Both the position numbers and the translations under genes were made by a program. A stretch of DNA of 40,810 bases from a virus, in the UHGV virus genome UHGV-0096231; one strand, written 5' to 3'. The notes beneath the pieces are model-generated. The model did no database searches and was not told the DNA's origin. It worked only from the letters and a program-made list of their open reading frames with translations. Below, in pieces: positions 1-8,912 of the stretch. The number at the start of each line of letters is the position of its first letter. Positions within the stretch are counted from its first letter, which is position 1.

Positions 1-49
1 ACGGCGCTTAGTGCTGAATTCACTATCGGCGAAGGTGAGTTGATGGCTC

Positions 50-658
50 ATGATGTCCCTCTGGGATGCGCTCCGGATGAATATGATGATCTCATATCAG
101 GAACTTGTTCGCACCTTCCCTAATGAACTGGCAGGGAGAAACGAATTAAGGACAGATGGCAAGTTATACGGGAATATACTTGATCTAGATTTATCAAGTG
201 AAATTAGAGCGTTATTTGTGGCAAGCCTAACGTTTTATGGTAAAGCTTTCTCTGAAGCTAAAGGGAGAAAGTTAAAGATGGAGCGTGATTGGCTTGATTC
301 TGAATATTTTGGGTTGCATGACTGTATTATTAACTACAGGCATAATTTTGCAGCACATAGCGGCAACCAAGACTATGAGTCAGCAGAAACTTCATTGTTA
401 CTAATAAGGAAAAATGGGAAAACATTTTATCAAGCAGTGACAGATAGAAAACAACTGAGCATGATTGGTGTCGAGGACGAGCATGTTGATATGATTAATT
501 TATTTGAACATGCGATACAGGTTGTTGAGAAAAAATATAATGAAACATTAGAGAGAATTAGAACCTATGTCATGCAAAAGAGTTATTCTTTTTGGTGTTT
601 AGCTGCCACAGGGAAAGATCCCGTCAATTTAGATAAGTTAAATAAGAAGAAAAAATAA
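50..658 (+). CDS. hypothetical protein; AT-rich moron upstream of the packaging module, possible HEPN-like abortive-infection-type protein
   Basis: 202-aa ORF, much more AT-rich than the flanking phage genes. Contains an R-x5-H motif (NYRHNFAAHS) compatible with the HEPN Rx4-6H signature. Followed by a hairpin plus T-run terminator. No homology search was possible. Confidence 0.5.
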   Translation: MMSLWDALRMNMMISYQELVRTFPNELAGRNELRTDGKLYGNILDLDLSSEIRALFVASLTFYGKAFSEAKGRKLKMERDWLDSEYFGLHDCIINYRHNFAAHSGNQDYESAETSLLLIRKNGKTFYQAVTDRKQLSMIGVEDEHVDMINLFEHAIQVVEKKYNETLERIRTYVMQKSYSFWCLAATGKDPVNLDKLNKKKK

Positions 659-684
659 ACCTACTCTTCACATTAGTAGATGCT

Positions 685-716
685 AAGCCACTAGCAATCG
701 ATGGTGGCTTTTTTAT
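685..716 (+). terminator. Rho-independent terminator after ORF 50..658
   Basis: Stem agccac/gtggct with a 12-nt loop, followed by a TTTTTT run, directly after the stop codon of the upstream ORF. Confidence 0.5.
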
Positions 717-728
717 TGGAGCTTACCA

Positions 729-1079
729 ATGCCACCACGAACCCCAAAAGCCTGCCGTGTTCGCGGCTGCCGCTCTACAACCACAGACCCGTCAGGCTAC
801 TGCGAAAGCCACAAAAGCGAAGGCTGGAAGCAATACAAGCCAGGTCAGTCCCGTCATCAGCGCGGTTATGGTTCGAAGTGGGACGCTATCCGCGCGCGTG
901 TGCTGAAGCGTGACAAAGGTTTATGTCAGTTATGTCTGCGTGCCGGTGTGGTGCGTGAGGCGAAAACCGTTGACCACATCATCCCTAAAGCGCATGGCGG
1001 CACTGATGCCGACTGTAATCTGCAGAGTCTGTGTTGGCCGTGTCATAAGGCGAAGACGGCCCGTGAACGGTTAAAGTGA
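729..1079 (+). CDS. HNH endonuclease (terminase-associated)
   Basis: 116 aa with paired Cys motifs (CRVRGC, CESH, CQLC, CWPCH) and a DHIIP...HGG...N core typical of phage HNH proteins. Sits immediately upstream of terS/terL as in HK97-type cos phages. Confidence 0.85.
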   Translation: MPPRTPKACRVRGCRSTTTDPSGYCESHKSEGWKQYKPGQSRHQRGYGSKWDAIRARVLKRDKGLCQLCLRAGVVREAKTVDHIIPKAHGGTDADCNLQSLCWPCHKAKTARERLK

Positions 1080-1099
1080 TAATAACTCTCAACTGTCTG

Positions 1100-1165
1100 A
1101 GGGGAGGGGCGGGTCACATCCCTGTGACCTGACGTCTTCCGGACTGCCCGCCCCATCGTTTTTTT
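1100..1165. other. candidate cos / packaging-site region (G-rich inverted repeat)
   Basis: The HNH-terS intergenic region contains ggggcggg ... cccgcccc inverted repeats around an inner gtcaca..tgtgac palindrome, followed by a T-run. Position matches where cos lies in HK97-like genomes. Inference only. Confidence 0.3.
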
Positions 1166-1204
1166 ATACCCGCGAAAAATGAAATTTAACCAGGAGTGCC
1201 GCAT

Positions 1205-1699
1205 ATGGCTGGAACGGCGGGGCGTTCCGGGCGTCGCCCCAAGCCAACGGCGCGCAAGGCGCTGGCCGGAAACCCCGGCAAGCGAGCCCTGAACAAAGAT
1301 GAACCTGTTTTTACGCCCATCAAAGGTGTTGAGCCACCAGAGTGGTTCGCTGAAGAAGATCTCCCTCTCGCCACGATCATGTGGCAACTGACAACCAAAG
1401 AACTCTGCGGTCAGGGCCTGCTGTGCGTGACTGACCTGGCGGTACTTGAGCGGTGGTGCGTGGCCTATGAGTTCTGGCGACGTGCCGTGAAAAATATTGC
1501 CATACAGGGCAACACTATCACCGGTGCAATGGGCGGCAGGGTCAAAAATCCGGAGCTGACCGCCAAAAAAGAACAGGAGTCCGAGATGAGCAGCACGGGG
1601 GCAATGCTCGGACTCGACCCCAGCAGCCGCCAGCGTCTGATTGGCCTGGCGGGGCAGAAGAAAGCCACTAACCCGTTTCTGAAAATTATCGAATCATGA
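1205..1699 (+). CDS. terminase small subunit (P27-like)
   Basis: Basic Gly/Arg-rich N-terminus ([23 protein letters not shown]) and overall pattern typical of the P27 terS family. Start chosen at the ATG at 1205 with AGGAG 9 nt upstream, rather than the GTG at 1196 in the ORF track. Stop overlaps the terL start. Confidence 0.8.
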   Translation: MAGTAGRSGRRPKPTARKALAGNPGKRALNKDEPVFTPIKGVEPPEWFAEEDLPLATIMWQLTTKELCGQGLLCVTDLAVLERWCVAYEFWRRAVKNIAIQGNTITGAMGGRVKNPELTAKKEQESEMSSTGAMLGLDPSSRQRLIGLAGQKKATNPFLKIIES

Positions 1700-3429
1700 G
1701 CCGGAAATCTTACCCCAACGTAAATGCTGCCAATCAGTATGCCCGGGATGTCGTGCGCGGAAAGATTGTTGCCTGCCAGTTTGTGATTCAGGCCTGCCAG
1801 CGCCATCTTGATGACCTGATGGCGGAAAAAAGTAAGTCGTTTCGTTACCGCTTCGACAAGGACCTGGCTGAACGGGCCGCGAAATTTATTCAGCTGTTGC
1901 CGCACACCAAGGGGGAGTGGGCATTCAAACGGATGCCCATCACGCTGGAGTCGTGGCAGCTATTTGTGATCTGCTGTGCGTTTGGCTGGGTCAATAAAGG
2001 CACCCGGTTGCGCCGCTTCCGGGAGGTGTACACCGAAATCCCCCGTAAGAACGGCAAATCAGCAATCTCTGCCGGTGTTGCCCTGTATTGTTTTGCCTGT
2101 GATAACGAGTTTGGCGCGGAAGTGTATTCCGGTGCCACGACAGAGAAACAGGCGTGGGAAGTCTTTCGCCCGGCGCGACTGATGTGTAAACGCACACCCA
2201 TGCTGACAGAAGCGTTCGGGATTGAGGTTAACGCCTCAAACATGAACCGTCCGGAGGATGGCGCGCGGTTTGAACCGCTGATCGGCAACCCAGGTGATGG
2301 TTCATCACCCCACTGTGCCGTGGTTGATGAATATCACGAGCATGCCACCGATGCGCTTTATACCACAATGCTTACCGGGATGGGGGCGCGACGTCAGCCA
2401 CTGATGTGGGCCATCACCACCGCCGGGTACAACATTGAGGGGCCGTGCTACGACAAACGGCGGGAAGTCATCGAGATGCTCAACGGCTCGGTGCCTAACG
2501 ATGAACTGTTCGGGATCATCTATACCGTTGATGAAGGTGACGACTGGACCGACCCGCAGGTGCTGGAAAAAGCCAATCCAAATATTGGCGTGTCGGTTTA
2601 TCGCGAATTTTTGTTAAGTCAGCAGCAGCGTGCGAAAAATAACGCCCGTCTGGCAAACGTCTTTAAAACAAAACACCTCAATATCTGGGTGTCGGCGCGT
2701 TCGGCGTATTTCAACCTGGTGAGCTGGCAGAGCTGCGAGGATAAATCACTGACTCTTGAGCAGTTCGAGGGGCAGCCGTGCATTCTGGCCTTTGACCTGG
2801 CGCGTAAGCTGGATATGAACAGCATGGCGCGACTTTATACCCGCGAGATTGACGGTAAAACGCATTACTACAGTGTGGCTCCGCGCTTCTGGGTACCGTA
2901 TGACACGGTGTACAGCGTCGAGAAAAATGAAGATCGACGGACAGCCGAACGCTTTCAGAAATGGGTGAAAATGGGCGTTCTGACCGTTACCGATGGTGCG
3001 GAGGTGGATTATCGCTACATCCTCGAGGAGGCCAAAGCGGCGAACAAAATCAGCCCGGTCAGTGAGTCACCCATCGACCCCTTCGGGGCGACCGGGCTGT
3101 CGCATGACCTTGCTGATGAAGACCTGAACCCCATCACCATCATTCAGAACTACACCAACATGTCCGATCCGATGAAAGAACTGGAAGCGGCGATTGAATC
3201 GGGGCGCTTTCATCATGACGGCAATCCCATCATGACCTGGTGTATCGGCAACGTGGTCGGCAAAACCATTCCGGGTAACGATGATGTGGTGAAGCCCGTC
3301 AAAGAGCAGGCGGAAAACAAAATCGATGGTGCAGTTGCGCTGATTATGGCGGTTGGCAGAGCCATGCTGTACGAGAAAGAAGACACGTTGTCTGACCACA
3401 TTGAGTCCTATGGGATCCGCTCGCTTTAA
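1696..3429 (+). CDS. terminase large subunit
   Basis: 577-aa ORF directly after terS with ATGA overlap. Has the ATPase N-domain and nuclease C-domain layout; size and position are typical of HK97-type terL. Confidence 0.9.
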
Positions 3430-3440
3430 CTGAGGTAATT

Positions 3441-3623
3441 ATGATCATGCTGATTCTCGCGCCTCTGGTGGGCGTGCTGGGGGCGCTTTTGCTGGCGTAT
3501 GGTGCCTGGCTGATTTATCCCCCGGCGGGGTTTGTTGTTGCCGGGGCGTTGTGTCTGTTCTGGTCGTGGCTGGTGGCGCGATATCTCGACCGTACACAGT
3601 CGTCTGTCGGCGGAGGTAAATAG
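3441..3623 (+). CDS. small membrane protein (two predicted TM helices)
   Basis: 60 aa, strongly hydrophobic ([23 protein letters not shown]...[14 protein letters not shown]). GAGGT RBS upstream. Translationally coupled between terL and portal. Confidence 0.45.
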
Positions 3624-4864
3624 TGTTCTTTTCGGGATTATTTCAACGAAAAAGTAACGCACCGGTGACCACGCCAGCAGAGCTGGCGGATGCTATCGGG
3701 TTGTCCTACGACACCTATACCGGAAAGCAGATCAGCAGCCAGCGGGCCATGCGACTGACGGCGGTTTTTTCCTGCGTCAGGGTGCTGGCAGAGTCGGTCG
3801 GGATGTTGCCCTGCAATCTGTATCACCTGAACGGCAGCCTGAAACAGAGAGCCACCGGCGAACGTCTGCATAAGCTGATCTCCACGCATCCCAATAGCTA
3901 TATGACGCCGCAGGAGTTCTGGGAGCTGGTGGTCACCTGTCTGTGCCTGCGGGGAAACTTTTACGCCTACAAAGTGAAAGCATTTGGCGAAGTGGCTGAA
4001 CTGCTGCCCGTCGATCCTGGCTGTGTGGTACCGAAGCTTAACAGTAGCTGGGAGCCGGTCTATCAGGTCACATTCCCGGACGGCTCCACGGATGTGCTGA
4101 CCCAGGAGGATATCTGGCATGTGCGCACGCTGACGCTGGACGGTCTGGTGGGGCTGAATCCCATCGCCTATGCCCGCGAGGCAATATCGCTGGCAGCTGC
4201 GACCGAAGAGCACGGGGCCAGACTGTTCAGCAATGGTGCGGTGACGTCGGGTGTGTTGCGTACAGAGCAGACGCTGTCAGATCAGGCTTACGAGCGCCTG
4301 AAGAAAGATTTTGAGGAGCGTCACACCGGGCTTGGTAATGCTCACCGCCCGATGATCCTTGAGATGGGGCTGGACTGGAAGTCGATGGCGCTGAACGCCG
4401 AGGACAGCCAGTTCCTGGAAACCCGCAAGTTTCAGCTTGAAGAAATTTGTCGTCTGTTCCGTGTGCCATTGCACATGGTGCAGAACACCGATCGCGCCAC
4501 CTTCAACAATATCGAAGAGCTGGGGCTCGGATTTATCAACTATTCACTGGTGCCGTATCTGACCCGCATTGAGCAGCGGATCAACACCGGACTGGTACGA
4601 AAAAGTAAGCAGGGTGTTTATTACGCCAAATTTAACGCCGGGGCGTTACTGCGCGGGGATATGAAGTCCCGTTTTGAAGCCTACGCCACCGGGATTAACT
4701 GGGGAATTTACTCTCCCAATGACTGCCGCGACCTGGAAGATATGAATCCGCGTCCCGGTGGTGATGTCTATCTCACACCGATGAACATGACCACGAAACC
4801 CTCCGATGGCAGTAAAGCCGGTAAGCAGAAGGATAACGCCAATGCAGACGAAACAACGTCTTGA
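3623..4864 (+). CDS. portal protein (HK97 family)
   Basis: 413 aa, immediately after terminase. Size, position and sequence character match HK97-type portals. GTG start overlapping the upstream stop. Confidence 0.85.
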   Translation: MFFSGLFQRKSNAPVTTPAELADAIGLSYDTYTGKQISSQRAMRLTAVFSCVRVLAESVGMLPCNLYHLNGSLKQRATGERLHKLISTHPNSYMTPQEFWELVVTCLCLRGNFYAYKVKAFGEVAELLPVDPGCVVPKLNSSWEPVYQVTFPDGSTDVLTQEDIWHVRTLTLDGLVGLNPIAYAREAISLAAATEEHGARLFSNGAVTSGVLRTEQTLSDQAYERLKKDFEERHTGLGNAHRPMILEMGLDWKSMALNAEDSQFLETRKFQLEEICRLFRVPLHMVQNTDRATFNNIEELGLGFINYSLVPYLTRIEQRINTGLVRKSKQGVYYAKFNAGALLRGDMKSRFEAYATGINWGIYSPNDCRDLEDMNPRPGGDVYLTPMNMTTKPSDGSKAGKQKDNANADETTS

Positions 4865-5492
4865 TGTACCGCTGAGTCTGAAATCTGTCAGTGACTCCGG
4901 TGAGTTTGAAGGATATGGCTCCGTCTTTGGTGTAAAGGACAGTCACGATGATGTGGTGATGTCCGGGGCATTTGCTGCGTCCCTGCGGGCGTGGAGTGAC
5001 AGAAAAGCGTTACCTGCGCTGCTCTGGCAGCACCGCATGGATGAGCCCATCGGTGTTTACACCGAAATGAAGGAAGACGATGTCGGGCTTTACGTCAGAG
5101 GGCGGTTGCTCATTGATGATGATCCCCTCGCAAAACGCGCACATGCACACATGAAGGCCGGTTCGTTAACCGGCCTTTCTATTGGGTACGTCCTGAAGGA
5201 CTGGGAATACGACCGGACGAAAGAAGCCTTTCTGCTGAAAGAAATCGACCTCTGGGAAGTCAGTCTGGTGACGTTTCCGTCTAACGACGAGGCGCGGATC
5301 AGCGACGTCAAGAACGCGCTAGCCCGCGGGGAAATCCCCGAACAGAAAAAAATCGAAAGAGTCCTGCGTGATGTCGGACTCTCCCGTACCCAGGCCAAAG
5401 CATTCATGGCCGGGGGCTATGGCGCACTGTCCCTGCGCGACGCTGAGGATGTGGGCTCTGCACTGAATGCACTGAAAAATCTGAACTTCTAA
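4842..5492 (+). CDS. prohead protease (HK97 family)
   Basis: ORF between portal and capsid. Start placed at the ATG at 4842 (AAGGA RBS) rather than 4806. About 216 aa, in the canonical portal-protease-capsid order. Confidence 0.8.
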   Translation: MQTKQRLDVPLSLKSVSDSGEFEGYGSVFGVKDSHDDVVMSGAFAASLRAWSDRKALPALLWQHRMDEPIGVYTEMKEDDVGLYVRGRLLIDDDPLAKRAHAHMKAGSLTGLSIGYVLKDWEYDRTKEAFLLKEIDLWEVSLVTFPSNDEARISDVKNALARGEIPEQKKIERVLRDVGLSRTQAKAFMAGGYGALSLRDAEDVGSALNALKNLNF

Positions 5493-5506
5493 TCAGGAGA
5501 AATACG

Positions 5507-6712
5507 ATGGCGGTTGATATTAAAGATGTGGAACAGGTCGCGCAGGAGCTGCAGCAGAAGTTTGACGACTTCAAGGCAAAGAACGACAAGCGCGTGGATG
5601 CGATTGAGCAGGAAAAAGGCAAACTTGCCGGGCAGGTGGAAACCCTGAACGGGAAACTCAGCGAGCTGGAAAATCTCAAAAGCGACCTTGAAAAAGAGCT
5701 GCTTGAGCTGAAACGTCCGGCTGGTGGAGCGCAAAATAAACTGGCCACCGAGCATAAAGAGGCGTTTGTGGGCTTCCTGCGTAAAGGCCGTGAAGACGGT
5801 CTGCGCGATCTGGAGCGTAAGGCATTGCAGGTGGGTACCGATGAGGACGGTGGCTACGCCGTGCCGGAAGAACTGGATCGCAACATTCTTAACCTGCTGA
5901 AAGATGAAGTGGTGATGCGTCAGGAAGCCACGGTGATCACCGTTGGCGGTTCCGACTACAAAAAACTGGTGAATCTGGGCGGTACGGCTTCCGGATGGGT
6001 GGGGGAAACGGATACGCGATCCCAGACTGCCACCTCCAGACTGGAGCTGATTGAACCTCTCATGGGGGAAATTTACGGCAACCCGCAGGCTACCCAGAAA
6101 ATGCTGGACGATGCCTTCTTCAACGTGGAGGCCTGGATCAACAGCGAGCTGGCAACCGAATTTGCCGAACAGGAAGAAATTGCCTTTACCTCAGGCGATG
6201 GCACCAAGAAGCCGAAAGGGTTCCTGGCGTATGAATCCACTGATGAAACCGACAAGGTCCGGGCGTTCGGCAAACTTCAGCATATTGTATCCGGCGAAGC
6301 GACCGCGGTGACCGCAGACGCCATTATCAAACTGATTTACACGCTGCGTAAGGCACACCGCACTGGCGCGAAGTTCATGATGAACAACAACAGCCTGTTT
6401 GCCATCCGTCTGCTGAAAGACACCGAGGGTAACTATCTGTGGCGTCCGGGGCTGGAACTGGGGCAGCCGTCCTCTCTGGCGGGTTACGGTATCGCTGAAA
6501 ACGAACAGATGCCGGATATCGCCGCTGATGCGAAAGCCATTGCATTTGGTAACTTCAAACGGGGTTACACCATCGTTGACCGTATCGGCACCCGCATTCT
6601 GCGTGACCCGTACACCAATAAACCGTTTGTCGGTTTTTATACCACCAAGCGCACCGGCGGGATGCTGGTCGATTCGCAGGCCATCAAACTGCTGAAGATT
6701 GCAGCGGCGTAA
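5507..6712 (+). CDS. major capsid protein (HK97 fold) with N-terminal coiled-coil delta domain
   Basis: 401 aa. The N-terminal roughly 100 aa is a Lys/Glu-rich coiled coil (scaffold-like delta domain), followed by a capsid body. AGGAG RBS. No separate scaffold gene is present. Confidence 0.85.
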   Translation: MAVDIKDVEQVAQELQQKFDDFKAKNDKRVDAIEQEKGKLAGQVETLNGKLSELENLKSDLEKELLELKRPAGGAQNKLATEHKEAFVGFLRKGREDGLRDLERKALQVGTDEDGGYAVPEELDRNILNLLKDEVVMRQEATVITVGGSDYKKLVNLGGTASGWVGETDTRSQTATSRLELIEPLMGEIYGNPQATQKMLDDAFFNVEAWINSELATEFAEQEEIAFTSGDGTKKPKGFLAYESTDETDKVRAFGKLQHIVSGEATAVTADAIIKLIYTLRKAHRTGAKFMMNNNSLFAIRLLKDTEGNYLWRPGLELGQPSSLAGYGIAENEQMPDIAADAKAIAFGNFKRGYTIVDRIGTRILRDPYTNKPFVGFYTTKRTGGMLVDSQAIKLLKIAAA

Positions 6713-6716
6713 TCAC

Positions 6717-6742
6717 TCAGGGGCGTGGAACCGCGCCCCCTG
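6717..6742 (+). terminator. hairpin after the major capsid gene (partial terminator or RNA stabiliser)
   Basis: aggggcg-tggaacc-gcgcccct stem-loop directly after the capsid stop. No strong T-run follows. Confidence 0.3.
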
Positions 6743-6761
6743 TTCTGACGGGTGAAGAATC

Positions 6762-6962
6762 ATGATCCTGAAACAAGATCTGAAATGGTCACCGGACGGT
6801 ATGCGTGTTGAGGTCATTCGGGCCGGTGAGTATGACGACGGAGCGCTTCCTGCCCGGGTGCAGGAGATTGCACTTCAGGCCGGGTTAGCAGAGCGCGGAA
6901 CCCGTGCAAAAAGCAGTAAAGCGACAAAAGAGAAAAAAGCCACGACCAGTAAAGAGGGCTGA
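6762..6962 (+). CDS. hypothetical small protein
   Basis: 66-aa ORF between the capsid and connector genes, same strand, stop adjacent to the next start. Confidence 0.4.
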   Translation: MILKQDLKWSPDGMRVEVIRAGEYDDGALPARVQEIALQAGLAERGTRAKSSKATKEKKATTSKEG

Positions 6963-6964
6963 GT

Positions 6965-7288
6965 ATGCTTCTGACAATGGAAGAGATTAAAGCCCAACTC
7001 CGGCTGGATGAGGATTTCGATGCTGATGACCGCCATCTGCAACTGCTGGCCTGTGCGGCGCAAAAGCGGACGGAAACGTATCTGAACCGGAAGCTCTATG
7101 CTCCGGATGAAACCATTCCGGACAGCGATCCGGACGGGCTGCACCTGCCGGATGATATTCGTCTGGGGATGCTGATGCTTATCAGCCATTTTTACGAAAA
7201 CCGCTCGTCGGTTACGGAAGTGGAGAAACTCGACATGCCGCAGAGTTTTGGCTGGCTTGTCGGCCCGTACAGGTACTTTCCGCAATGA
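6965..7288 (+). CDS. head-tail connector (gp6-like)
   Basis: 107 aa. N-terminus MEEIKAQLRLDEDFDADD...LL is the characteristic pattern of gp6-like head-tail connectors. Position after the capsid gene. Confidence 0.6.
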   Translation: MLLTMEEIKAQLRLDEDFDADDRHLQLLACAAQKRTETYLNRKLYAPDETIPDSDPDGLHLPDDIRLGMLMLISHFYENRSSVTEVEKLDMPQSFGWLVGPYRYFPQ

Positions 7289-7695
7289 AAATTCGTCAGG
7301 CGCAGACCAGCGCAACCTACATTCTGCCTGACCCAGGCGAGCTGAATAAACGCGTCCTGATCCGCCAGCGGGTGGATATGCCCGCGGATAACTTTGGCGT
7401 GGAGCCTCAATACCCGGTTGCGTTCCGGGCATGGGCGAAGGTTATCCAGACCAGTGCCACCACCTGGCAGGAAACCGCGCAGACCGGGGACGCCATCACC
7501 CATTACATCACCATTCGCTACCGCCGGGGGATCACTGCTGATTATGAGGTGGTCTGTGATGACAGTGTGTACCGGGTGAAACGTCAGCGTGATCTGAACG
7601 GGGCGCGGCGCTTTCTGCTGCTGGAGTGTACGGAGCTGGGCGAATGTAGGCAGAGTCACGGAGGCAGCAATGGCGACTCCCTTTTTTCACGTTGA
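7285..7695 (+). CDS. head-tail adaptor / head closure protein
   Basis: 136 aa, ATGA-coupled to the connector gene. Assigned by position within the head-completion block. Confidence 0.5.
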   Translation: MKIRQAQTSATYILPDPGELNKRVLIRQRVDMPADNFGVEPQYPVAFRAWAKVIQTSATTWQETAQTGDAITHYITIRYRRGITADYEVVCDDSVYRVKRQRDLNGARRFLLLECTELGECRQSHGGSNGDSLFSR

Positions 7696-8176
7696 TGTTC
7701 AGCAGCCCGCCGAGATGCGCTTTAACCGCGCCCGTGTCCGGCGGGCGTTTGTCACGATTGGGCAGCGTCATATGCGTGATGCCCGTCGGCTGGTGATGCG
7801 CCGTGCGCGGTCGGCACCGGGTGAAAACCCCGGTTATCAGACCGGACGCCTGGCTCGTTCGATTGGTTATATGGTGCCGAGAGCCAGTAAAAAGCGAGCC
7901 GGTTTTATGACACGCATTGCCCCTAACCAGCGCAACGGGAAGGGGAACCGGATGATCTCTGGTGACTTCTATCCGGCGTTTCTGTTTTTTGGTGTCCGGG
8001 GAGGAGCAAAACGTCGTCGTAGTCATCATCGTGGTGCATCCGGTGGCAGCGGCTGGCGACTGGCTCCACGTAATAACTTCATGGTGGAAATTCTTGAAAA
8101 GAACCGCAGCTGGACACGCTATTTTCTGGCGCGGGAATTGCGTAAATCACTGAAGCCGGAGCGACGACACAGATGA
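7670..8176 (+). CDS. phage morphogenesis protein (HK97 gp10-like)
   Basis: 168 aa, basic. Assigned by position in the head-tail joining block. Confidence 0.45.
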   Translation: MATPFFHVDVQQPAEMRFNRARVRRAFVTIGQRHMRDARRLVMRRARSAPGENPGYQTGRLARSIGYMVPRASKKRAGFMTRIAPNQRNGKGNRMISGDFYPAFLFFGVRGGAKRRRSHHRGASGGSGWRLAPRNNFMVEILEKNRSWTRYFLARELRKSLKPERRHR

Positions 8177-8733
8177 AACTGACGCCTGTTATTGCTGCGC
8201 TGCGTGCCCGCTGCCCGTATTTTGAAAACCGGGTGGCAGGCGCGGCACAGTTCAAAAATCTGCCGGAGGTCGGAAAGCTGAGACTCCCGGCGGCGTATGT
8301 GGTACCGGGTGATGACTCTCCGGGAGAAAACAAAAGCCAGACCGACTACTGGCAGGAGCTGAAAGAGGGCTTCTCCGTGGTTGTCATACTGAGTAACGGG
8401 CGTGATGAGCGCGGTCAGTTTGCCTCGTATGATGTGGTGGACGATGTCCGGCAGATGCTCTTTAAGGCCCTGCTGGGCTGGAACCCGGAAGCGTGCGGTA
8501 ACCCGATTACCTATGACGGCGGCACGCTGCTGGATCTGAATCGTCATGAGCTGATTTATCAGTTCGATTTTTCGGTCATCAGCGAGCTGACTGAAGACGA
8601 TACCCGCCAGCAGGATGATCTGAACAGTCTGGATGAACTGCAAACGCTGGCGATTGATGTTGATTATCTCGAGCCCGGTAACGGGCCTGACGGCGATATC
8701 GAACATCACACCGAAATAACCCTTCCTTCCTGA
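8173..8733 (+). CDS. tail completion / terminator-like protein
   Basis: 186 aa, ATGA-coupled. Precedes the sheath gene as in Mu-like tail modules. Confidence 0.45.
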   Translation: MKLTPVIAALRARCPYFENRVAGAAQFKNLPEVGKLRLPAAYVVPGDDSPGENKSQTDYWQELKEGFSVVVILSNGRDERGQFASYDVVDDVRQMLFKALLGWNPEACGNPITYDGGTLLDLNRHELIYQFDFSVISELTEDDTRQQDDLNSLDELQTLAIDVDYLEPGNGPDGDIEHHTEITLPS

Positions 8734-8741
8734 GGATCCTC

Positions 8742-8912
8742 ATGTTTGTCAAACCTGTTAAAGGGCGGTCAGTGCCTGACCCTGCCCGCGGCGACCTTTT
8801 GCCCGCCGAAGGGCGAAATGTTGACGAGAACAACTACTGGCTGCGCCGTGAAGCAGCGGGTGATATCCGGCGCGTGAATAAAAAGGTGAACACCGATGAC
8901 GATAAGCTTTAA
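8742..8912 (+). CDS. small hypothetical protein overlapping the sheath start
   Basis: 56-codon ORF (MFVKPVKGRSVPDPARGDLL...), not in the ORF track because it is under 60 aa. Overlaps the sheath start by 17 nt. Confidence 0.3.
   Translation: MFVKPVKGRSVPDPARGDLLPAEGRNVDENNYWLRREAAGDIRRVNKKVNTDDDKL

Noticed and set aside
701-1398. Track ORFs 701..913 (+), 1043..1387 (-) and 1186..1398 (-) overlapping the HNH and terS genes
   Set aside because: They overlap well-supported genes in other frames or on the opposite strand. 701..913 also begins inside the terminator hairpin. They are probably open frames produced by GC-rich sequence.
8119-8709. Long antisense ORFs inside structural genes (for example 8119..8709, 13813..14310, 7532..8029)
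   Set aside because: They lie antisense to coupled, well-supported morphogenesis genes. They are typical artefacts of GC-rich coding sequence.
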